Of a stretch of 64,000 nt of DNA, positions 57,182 to 64,000 are shown piece by piece (position 1 is the first letter of the stretch; every line of letters begins with the position of its first letter). The notes below the pieces were generated by a model, which did no database searches, was not told the DNA's origin, and worked only from the letters and a program-made list of their open reading frames with translations. The DNA lies in contig CAVVYR010000031.1 of the NCBI GenBank assembly GCA_963752475.1, forward strand, positions 12,903 through 76,902, in the 5' to 3' direction. The position numbers and the translations under genes are program-made. The DNA is from an uncultured Chloroflexia bacterium (GTDB taxonomy: Bacteria > Chloroflexota > Limnocylindria > Limnocylindrales > CSP1-4).

Positions 57182-58368
57182 TGGCTCGCCTCACGCGCGC
57201 CGCTGCCGCCGCGCTTCTCGGGCTGCTCCTGGCCGCGGTGCCGGCCATGGCCACGGATGCGGATGGCGACGGGCTGACCGATGAGTTCGAAGAGCGCTGG
57301 GGCGTCACCGACCCTGCGACCGCGGACAGCGACGGCGACGGGCTCGGGGACGCGCTCGAGGACCTCGACGCCGACCGCCTCGGCAACCTCGGGGAACAGC
57401 GCTACGGAACCGATCCCGGCAGCGCCGACACCGACGGCGACGGCGTCATCGATGGCGACGAGGACACCGACGGAGACGGCGTCAGTGACGCCCGGGAGCA
57501 GGACCGCCGCCCGGCACCCGCAGACCTCGAGCCGAAGCCCGAGTACGCCTGGTGGGACCGCCCGCCCAACTATGACGACGCCTGCCACGGCGACACCCTC
57601 GACCCGGAGCTACACCCCTGCACCTACGGCGTGGAGGAGAGCGATACGACGGTCGTCCTCTTCGGCGACTCCCACGCCCTGCAGTGGCAACCGGGACTCA
57701 AGGCGGCCGCGTTCGAGAACGGTTGGCGCGTCGTGACACTGACCAAGGCGGCCTGCCCACCGGCCGAGATCCGCTCTTCGCGCAAGGAGCAAGCAGCACA
57801 GGACTCGTGCGACGTCTGGCGGAGCGCGGCCCTCGACTGGATCGGAGAGAACGAGCCTGAGGTCGTGCTCATGACCGGCGGTGGTCGCATCTACCGGCTG
57901 GAGGACGAGCGTGGCGAACGCATCGCGGGCGACGACCGCACGGTCGCGTGGAACGCCGGTCTCACGAGCACCATCGAGGCCTTGCCCGAGGCCACGACCG
58001 CGGTGGTGCTGGCGGACACGCCGTACCTCCAGACGAACCCCGCGACTTGCCTGGAGAAGGACTCGAGCGACCTCATGGCCTGCTCGACACCCCGATCGGC
58101 GGCCATCGACACCGACTTCGACGCTGCCGAAAGGGCGGCGGTGGAGGCTGCGGGCGGGTTCTATGCCGACCTCAACGTCCTCGTCTGCCCGTACAGCCCA
58201 TGCCCGGTGGTCTTCGACGACGTTCTCGCATGGCGCAACCGTGACCACCTCACGGCCACGTTCGTCACGACCCTGGCGCCGTCGCTCGGGGCGGCCATCG
58301 TGGAGGCACTCAGGGGCGGAGCCGATCCGGCAGAGGAGGGGGCAGCCTCAGAGGAGGCGACGAGCTAG
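57181..58368 (+). CDS. secreted TSP3-repeat / SGNH-domain protein, paralogue P5 (closest to the AT3-fused SGNH domain)
   Basis: TGATG overlap with P4. The signal peptide is 'MARLTRAAAAALLGLLLAAVPAMA'. 'DADGDGLTDEFE..DSDGDGLGDALEDLDADRLGNLGEQRYG..DTDGDGVIDGDEDTDGDGVSDAREQD', then 'YDDACH', 'VLFGDSHALQW', 'GWRVVTLTKAACP' and 'WRNRDHLTATF'. Confidence 0.85.
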   Translation: MARLTRAAAAALLGLLLAAVPAMATDADGDGLTDEFEERWGVTDPATADSDGDGLGDALEDLDADRLGNLGEQRYGTDPGSADTDGDGVIDGDEDTDGDGVSDAREQDRRPAPADLEPKPEYAWWDRPPNYDDACHGDTLDPELHPCTYGVEESDTTVVLFGDSHALQWQPGLKAAAFENGWRVVTLTKAACPPAEIRSSRKEQAAQDSCDVWRSAALDWIGENEPEVVLMTGGGRIYRLEDERGERIAGDDRTVAWNAGLTSTIEALPEATTAVVLADTPYLQTNPATCLEKDSSDLMACSTPRSAAIDTDFDAAERAAVEAAGGFYADLNVLVCPYSPCPVVFDDVLAWRNRDHLTATFVTTLAPSLGAAIVEALRGGADPAEEGAASEEATS

Positions 58369-58559
58369 CCCGTGCTCGGGCGCTTCTCGCGTCGGGGCTC
58401 GAGCGGCATCAGCAATGGCTGCCAGTCCACGCCGTTGCGATCGCGGTGCCAGAAGACGATGGCATTGTGGCGGCGCGCGAGCGACATCACGAAGCGGTAG
58501 TCGCGCGGGTTGATGTTGGCGATCGGGACCGAGCCGACCTCGCGGTCATCCATCAGCAC
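58365..58559 (-). CDS. hypothetical small protein
   Basis: 'M(LM)DDREVGSVPIANINPRDYRFVMSLARRHNAIVFWHRDRNGVDWQPLLMPLE..'. It lies co-directionally 60 nt downstream of the hemerythrin gene. I did not recognise the family. Confidence 0.35.
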   Translation of the reverse strand: MLMDDREVGSVPIANINPRDYRFVMSLARRHNAIVFWHRDRNGVDWQPLLMPLEPRREKRPSTG

Positions 58560-58618
58560 CGATGGTATCGGGCCTCCCGCTCCGTTGTTGGGCCGGCCGG
58601 TCAGGCGAGGGGAGCCGG

Positions 58619-59107
58619 CTACTCCGCCGAGCTGTGCTCGAGGCCCTTCTCGACGACGGCCTGCTCACCCTGCGAGAGGTTGCCCTGCAACACACGCAGA
58701 TACTCCTCTTCTTCGCCGATGTGCGTCTTGACGAGGGCGTAGAAGCGGATACACATGCGGCGCATCTCGAACGCCACTGTCGGCTTCAGGTCACCGGCCT
58801 CCACGCGTGCCTTGTATTGGCGCATCTGCTCGACGATCTCCCGCATCTCCTCGTGCTCTCGACGGAGATGGGCCATCGAGTGGCGGTTCTGCTGCAGCCG
58901 CTCCAGCTCGGGATAGACGTTCTCCTCGACGACCGCGACGTGCGGCAGGAAGGTGCCGGTCATGAAGTCGCACTCGGTCACGAAGGCCGGGGCGAACTCC
59001 TGGGGCACGGGGCGCTGCTCGAGCATGTCGGCCAGCACAGGTAGACGGTCGATGTGCTCGCGGATGCGTTCGTGGTGTTCGTGTCCGGTGTCTGGCAGTG
59101 GCGACAT
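58619..59107 (-). CDS. hemerythrin-domain protein
   Basis: ATG at 59107. 'HEHHERIREHIDRL', 'EENVYPELE', 'HLRREHEEMREIV' and 'HIGEEEEYL' form the H/E-rich four-helix HHE pattern. Confidence 0.8.
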   Translation of the reverse strand: MSPLPDTGHEHHERIREHIDRLPVLADMLEQRPVPQEFAPAFVTECDFMTGTFLPHVAVVEENVYPELERLQQNRHSMAHLRREHEEMREIVEQMRQYKARVEAGDLKPTVAFEMRRMCIRFYALVKTHIGEEEEYLRVLQGNLSQGEQAVVEKGLEHSSAE

Positions 59108-59473
59108 GGTCGGTACTCCTGGCCCCGCCGGGGGCACCCGGCCAGAGGCGTACATGCGGCGAAGTCTGGCTGGACCATGTACCCAAGGATCCACACCGCG
59201 ACAGTGCCGAAGGGACCGGATTCGGCCCAGCCTGCACGCTCCCTGTCAGCGAGACGTTGCTCGCCCGGCTACGGTAGCGCAGGGTGCCGCGACACGACAG
59301 GGAGACATGCGCTTGCGACAGACGCGACCACGGCGACAGTCGCTGGCTGGGCTGCTGCGGGTGCCACTGCGCCTGCGGCCCGGTCGATCGCCGCGCGGGC
59401 GTGAGGAAGCAGCCGGTAGCGGTCTCGACGAGCGCTGCTGGGTCGAGGACGGGCAGCTCCGCGTCGGGTATGA

Positions 59474-60860
59474 CGCGAGCGTGTATCCCGGGCGTTCGGG
59501 GGTTCGGCTGACCCTCGACGACGGGCTCCGGCGGACCTGGATGCCGATCCGCAGGTCCTTGCTGCCAAGTCGATCCACAACGGAGACTTCCGACGCGGAA
59601 CCGACGGCTGGGCCCTCCGTGATGCCCCCACGGCCGAGCTTGGCATCGACCTGTCGCCCGAATGGACACTCGCCGATGGGCACACCGCCTACGTGAGCGA
59701 TGCCAGCCCAGCCTCGGCGGCCGCGACGCTGACCGTCGTCGACGATACCGGAGACGTGCGCATCCGCGTGATCGCCGGTGCGACGTGGGAGCTATCGCTG
59801 CTCCTCGCGACCCACGGCTGCACGGCCGAGGTCGAGCTCGCCTTCACCGATGACCACAGCGACCCCATCCGCAGCACTCATCGTCACGTCCCGGCCGGGG
59901 TGATCGGTGGTACCGAGGCCGAGGGCTATCGGTCGTTGACTCTGCGCGAGGTGGTGCCGCAAGGTGCGAGGTGGGCCCGACTCGGCCTGCGCAAGGGCCC
60001 CACCCTTCCTCCCGCGCGCGACAGCTACCTGTTCGTGGCCCAGGTGAGCTTCGATCGGGTGGATGCGTCACCCTTCGATGCGGCTGAGCGCCCGGAGCTC
60101 GACGCTGCCGTCGCAGGCTGGGGCGATCCGCGAGTCCTCGTCCTGCCTCTGCCCCAAGGGTCCGATGACGGGTGCCCACACCAGCTGCACGTGCAGGATC
60201 AGGCTACCGGCCAGCAGATGAAGGGCTCGCCGCTGCAACTGGGTCGGCGGCAACCTCTCGAGGGCGGTATCGACCGGTTCGATGGGGCGGTCCTGATCGG
60301 CTGGGTCCGGGCGGCGACCGGGGCCGTCGACGCTCGACAGATCGCGCTGGAGATCGACGGCGCCGAGGTCGCACGCATATGGGCCTGGGAAACGCGCGCC
60401 GACGGGGCTCTTGCCCTTCAGGCTCCGCTCCCGGCCGGGACGTTCGACGACAGGACACACGCACTGCGCATCCGGGCCGTTCGCGAGGGCACGGTCATCC
60501 ACGAGGCGCCCACTCGCCTCCCGCGTCTGCCCGCACCCTGGGAGACGCCAGCCGCGGCCAAGCTCACGGCCTCGTCTGGTTCCGCGTCGGCCACCGCCAG
60601 CCATCGCTATCGATCGCTCCAGATCGATCTGGAGAAGCTGGCGAGCGGTGACCGCGTCGACCCCGTGCGCACCGAGTAGCTCGGCCTCCTGCAGGAGGTG
60701 CTCATCGGCGGCCGTGGCCCTGCCTTCCGCCCTCTCGTGTTCCTGTCCGTCGAGGCGCCCAGCGTATCGGTGGTCATCCCGGTCTACGAGCACTTCGCGA
60801 CGACCTATCGTTGCCTCGCGGCCCTGCTCTTCGCCCACACGGACGTGGCCTACGAGGTAG
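59474..60860 (+). pseudogene. decayed family-2 glycosyltransferase gene (CBM-like N-terminal region, in-frame TAG, truncated after the first beta-strand of the GT2 fold)
   Basis: The frame is open from 59474, with 'SIHNGDFRRGTDGWAL' upstream of the first usable start (GTG 59693). An in-frame TAG is at 60677-60679. The same frame then reads 'SVSVVIPVYEHFATTYRCLAALLFAHTDVAYEV' (the GT2 opening) and stops resembling GT2 at about 60855. Confidence 0.55.
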
Positions 60861-61414
60861 GTCGGCGAGCACATGATCTGTCCGAACTCGTGGCCTGGGC
60901 CCGCGACCATATCGCCACCTCCGAGCGGGACCACCAGGCGTACGACATGTGGCAGGCCCAGCCCGACCTGCGCATCCTCGATGTCCGTACGCCGGAGGAG
61001 TTCGTCTTCGTGGGCCACGCGCCCATGGCCTGGAACATCCCATTCACGCTCCTCACCTACGAATGGGACCCCCAGAACAAGGCCCGCCGCTGGGAGCTCA
61101 ACCCCGGGTTCGTCGATGCCGTGAAGGGATGGGCCGCTCCGGGTGAGACGGTGCTCGTCACCTGCCGGTGGGGAGGGCGCAGCGCGATGGCTATCAACGC
61201 GCTGGCCGCGGCTGGCTTCACCGGGCCCTACAACATCCTCGATGGCATAGAGGGTAGCGAGGTCGAGGATCCCGACAGCGTCTTCGACGGCATGCGCATG
61301 AAGAACGGCTGGAGGAACTCCGGGCTGCCCTGGGAGTACCAGATCGATCCTGCACGGATGCTGCTCCCGCCGCGCCAGAGCCGCACGTTCGTGGCTGGCA
61401 GCGAGCACGACTGA
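60861..61414 (+). pseudogene. rhodanese-domain protein lacking its own 5' end, fused in frame to the GT2 stub (chimeric ORF 60698-61414)
   Basis: 'AYDMWQAQPDLRILDVRTPEEFVFVGHAPMAWNIPF..TCRWGGRSAMAINALAAAGF..GMRMKNGWRNSGLPW' contains the CRxGxRS active-site loop. No signal peptide or start of its own is present, apart from an internal 'MWQAQ'. Confidence 0.6.
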
Positions 61415-61493
61415 CGGGAGGGCAGAGTTCCAAAGCACCCGCGTCTCGCTCCCGGAGAACAAGGCGTCCACACACACGAGAGGAACCACCCAA

Positions 61494-61652
61494 ATGGCAG
61501 TCAAGATCGTCACCGGACCCGTCCAGGTCTTCGTCATCGGCTTCGACAAGCCCGACTTCAACGGCCCGCCTGATCCTCGGCTAGGACACGGTACGAGTCC
61601 GGGCCAGCCCTTCGGGGTTCTCCCGGACTCGCGCTGCGTCCTCTCGGCCTGA
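61494..61652 (+). pseudogene. 52-codon stub; the first 24 codons look like the N-terminus of an actinobacterial 'GPVxVxVIGF' small-protein family
   Basis: GAGAGGAA RBS. 'MAVKIVTGPVQVFVIGFDKPDFNG' is followed by unrelated 'PPDPRLGHGTSPGQ..'. The family assignment is from memory only. Confidence 0.3.
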
Positions 61653-61668
61653 ATCGCGAAGGACATCG

Positions 61669-62311
61669 ATGACTGACTCGACGACCGACGGCGATCGGCG
61701 CACGCACCTCTCGAGGGCGCTGCCTATTGATCGCTTCAATGCCTTCTCTGACGGCGTCTTCGCGATCGCCATCACGTTGCTGGTCCTCGAGTTGCCGGTG
61801 CCGACTGGAGAGGACCTGCTCGCGAGCCTGGTCGAGGAGTGGCCGGAGTTCCTCGGGTACTTCATCAGCTTCGCCTTCATCGGCATGAGCTGGATGACGC
61901 ACGCTCGCGTGACCGGGTTCATGAAGGGTGGTGACACCGCCGCCGGTGGACTGAACCTCCTGGCCCTGCTCTTCATCGCGCTGCTGCCGTTCGCGACGAG
62001 CCTGATGGTGAGCAATATCGGCGGCCCAGATGAGCGGGTGGCGGTGCTCATCTACGGCATCAACGTCCTTGTCGCGTCGGTGATGCTGACGCTGCTGATG
62101 GCCTACCTCGTGCGCAAGCCGGACGCTGTTGCAGGGAGAAATCGCCGACGAGACGCTGGAGGCGCTGACTCGGCAGCGCAGGATCTCCAACGGGGCTTGG
62201 CTCATCGCGGTCGTCTGCGCCCTGGTCATGCCGCGGGTCGCGATCGGTCTCTACGTGCTGGCTACCATCCTCATGCTGGTCTCGCCATTCATCCGGTTGC
62301 GCCGCACCTGA
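61669..62311 (+). pseudogene. TMEM175/DUF1211-family K+ channel-like protein; one frame break (about 62125)
   Basis: 'IDRFNAFSDGVFAIAITLLVLELPVP' is the family hallmark (FSDGVFAIAITLLV). After 'LVRKPDA' the sequence continues in ORF 62129-62311: 'LQGEIADETLEALTRQRRISNGAWLIAVVCALVMP..'. Confidence 0.7.
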
Positions 62312-62401
62312 GGATCCACGCCTACGACTGTCGCACGCTGGTACCGCAACATCCTGGCCGCGCCCGAGAACGCCTCCGACGACCCCCGGCGCCTGCCCCT
62401 C

Positions 62402-62626
62402 ATGCGCCAGATCCTGATCGACTCCAGCTTGGCGGCCCGGCTCATCGGGCTGGACCCATGCCAGCTGTCGGACGAGGACCTCGACCAGGCCACCTGGACA
62501 TACCGACTCCTGCGCATCCACCCGCTGCGCCGGGAAGCCTCGAGCGATGGCCCCGGCAGCCTGGCCCGGATCTGGGTGTTCAGTGCGATCGTCGCCATCG
62601 TTCTGGTAACCATCGCGTCGTCGTGA
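62402..62626 (+). CDS. hypothetical protein with C-terminal TM helix (possibly another fragment)
   Basis: 'MRQILIDSSLAARLIGLDPCQLSDEDLDQATWTYRLLRIHPL..IWVFSAIVAIVLVTIA'. The frame is also protein-like upstream of the ATG ('TVARWYRNILAAPENASDDP'). Confidence 0.25.
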   Translation: MRQILIDSSLAARLIGLDPCQLSDEDLDQATWTYRLLRIHPLRREASSDGPGSLARIWVFSAIVAIVLVTIASS

Positions 62627-62722
62627 CCTGCCGAGGCGGGCCGGAGTTGCTCCAGGTGATCGAGGTAGACCTGCCCGCACCGGCGCCCGACGAGGTGCGC
62701 ATCCAGGTCGAGGCGACCGGTG
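62611..62722 (+). pseudogene. about 37-codon N-terminal fragment of an MDR-type quinone oxidoreductase / Zn-alcohol dehydrogenase
   Basis: 'VVVTCRGGPELLQVIEVDLPAPAPDEVRIQVEATG' matches the canonical N-terminus (GGPEVL..V..P.P.PGEV.V.V.A.G). It has no start codon and runs straight into the antisense of the LuxR gene end. Confidence 0.5.
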
Positions 62723-62729
62723 ACTCTGG

Positions 62730-64000
62730 CTACGGCCTTGTCCCTGTCAGCCGAAGGCCAGGGAACGGCTCGAGCAGACCGATCTCGATGGCGCCGTCGA
62801 TGGCCTCGCTGCGATTCGACACTCCAAGCTTCCCGTAGATCGCCAAAGCTTGGCTCTTCACCGTGTAGCGCGAAACACCCAGACGGTCCCCGATCTCCTC
62901 GAAGCTGAGGTAGGTGGAGAGCATCGGCAGGACGCGCAGCTCGGCCGGTGTGAGGGTGGAGGGTCCGGCCAGCGTGCGTGCCGAACCATCGACTCGCCGG
63001 CGAAGCTCCGCGAGCTGATCGGTCAGGATGCCGAGGTCGGGTCGGCGGCGCTTGATCTGCTCAGCCTGAGCGACGACGCTTCCGGCACCCGCGGCGTCAC
63101 CCATGGACAGGTAGCATCGGCCAAGCTGCAACAGGGCAGCCACCGTGAGCCAAGGAAGGACATGCGTTGCCAACGGCCGCACGACATGCGTGTGGAGCAG
63201 TTCTTCGCGAGCCCGTGGCAGGTCACCGTTGTGGAGAGCGACGCGGGCTGAAACAGCGTGCACGATGAGCGCTGTCGAGATCTCGGTGAGCCCGGCGCGC
63301 TCGCCCAGTTCGTGGCTCTCGCGGATGAACTGATCCGCGGCCTGCCATTCACCTGCGTCCATGGCGATGATGGCGCGGGTGGCCAACCCCAACGCTGACC
63401 CTTCGCCCGCGGCGGCAGCCACCTGGATGGCTTCGGCCAGGACATCATCGGCCTGGGCGGTGTCTCCCTCCAGCCAATGTGCGGAACCAAGCAGGTAGAT
63501 GGCAGTGGAGCGCCAGGGACTCGGGGGCGTCTCCGCGGCGGCCGCGAGCGCGGCATCCGCCAACATGCTCCCCACGCCATGAGGAGTCATCGCGGCCCGC
63601 AGCATCGCTTTCGCAGAGTCGAGCGAAGCAGATCCGTCACGGGGCGCGAGGACGACCGTCGAACGCTCGGCGATGCCGGCCAGCTGCTCAGCCTCGTCAG
63701 GCCTGCCATTGAGAGCATGGAACCAGGCGCCGATGACAGCCAGCGAAGGATGTCGGGCGAACACGTCCGCATCGAAACTCCGCAGCCACCGATAGGCCCG
63801 TTCGCTGCGGCCGCCATAGTGAGCCCCGAGCACCCCGGCCAGGACGAGGTGCGCCGTGCGGTCCTGGTCTCCGCTTGCCAAGGAGTGCTCGATCGCCAAC
63901 TCGGTGCGACCGGCAGTCGCATAGGACGTCGCCGCCCGTACATGCAGCTCCTTGGCAGCCCCCGGCTCGCGGCGGTCCAACTCGGACCGTAGATAGTCGC
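62730..64000 (-). CDS. LuxR-family (LAL/MalT-like) regulator, 3' portion; probably continues beyond the window
   Basis: The C-terminal HTH is 'LTPAELRVLPMLSTYLSFEEIGDRLGVSRYTVKSQALAIYGKLGVSNRSEAI'. It is preceded by TPR-like helical repeats. The frame is still open at the window edge. Confidence 0.8.
   Translation of the reverse strand, partial: DYLRSELDRREPGAAKELHVRAATSYATAGRTELAIEHSLASGDQDRTAHLVLAGVLGAHYGGRSERAYRWLRSFDADVFARHPSLAVIGAWFHALNGRPDEAEQLAGIAERSTVVLAPRDGSASLDSAKAMLRAAMTPHGVGSMLADAALAAAAETPPSPWRSTAIYLLGSAHWLEGDTAQADDVLAEAIQVAAAAGEGSALGLATRAIIAMDAGEWQAADQFIRESHELGERAGLTEISTALIVHAVSARVALHNGDLPRAREELLHTHVVRPLATHVLPWLTVAALLQLGRCYLSMGDAAGAGSVVAQAEQIKRRRPDLGILTDQLAELRRRVDGSARTLAGPSTLTPAELRVLPMLSTYLSFEEIGDRLGVSRYTVKSQALAIYGKLGVSNRSEAIDGAIEIGLLEPFPGLRLTGTRP

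Noticed and set aside
52430-57520. Periodic GAC-NNN-GAC-GGC-GAC DNA repeats, considered as a possible CRISPR or tandem-repeat array.
   Set aside because: The periodicity is codon-level (Asp-x-Asp-Gly-Asp of the TSP3-like repeats). It lies inside open reading frames, and the units are short, imperfect and not separated by unique spacers.

Overview
The window is high-GC and looks actinobacterial, with about 55 protein-coding loci. I recognised no rRNA, tRNA, CRISPR array, transposase or integrase. All calls come from reading the six-frame translations and the DNA by eye; no homology search was run. Frameshift positions are approximate (about +/-15 nt).

Gene content, left to right:
- 1-2 kb: a badly frame-broken beta-helix protein and a glycoside hydrolase.
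- 2-6 kb: an MBL hydrolase, an alpha/beta hydrolase and two tandem SDRs.
- 6-11.5 kb: a GC-poorer patch with no clear gene, small secreted proteins, and an ECF sigma factor with an anti-sigma/TolB-like beta-propeller partner (both frame-broken).
- 11.5-20 kb: a tyrosine phosphatase, an AEC transporter, a Pat-like ADP-forming acyl-CoA synthetase/GNAT, a flavodoxin, a 2-hydroxyacid dehydrogenase and a sulfotransferase.
- 20-27 kb: a two-gene, ATGA-coupled operon. It encodes a roughly 1640-aa secreted protein (PPC-like, discoidin and double-VWA domains) and a frame-broken transglutaminase-like protein with Ser at the expected Cys position.
- 27-33.5 kb: four metallopeptidases in a row (YugP-like, MA-clan, TldD, PmbA/TldE) with an orphan family-5 substrate-binding protein.
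- 33.8-38 kb: an MFS, asparaginase and amidohydrolase operon.
- 38-48.8 kb: a glpK-glpD-galT-deoR string, a sugar ABC importer with enlarged permeases, and galK.
- 48.9-58.4 kb, all on the + strand (the most unusual block): an exported D-glucuronyl-C5-epimerase-like protein, a small membrane protein, an AT3-SGNH acyltransferase, and five tandem, translationally coupled paralogues. Each paralogue is a signal peptide, a thrombospondin-type-3-like Ca-binding repeat module and an SGNH domain.
- 58.4-64 kb: a hemerythrin followed by a run of gene fragments (decayed GT2, a chimeric GT2/rhodanese ORF, two truncated stubs, a frame-broken TMEM175-like channel), ending in the 3' part of a LuxR/LAL regulator.

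At least 25 reading-frame breaks are distributed very unevenly. I cannot tell from sequence alone whether they are real decay or assembly indels.
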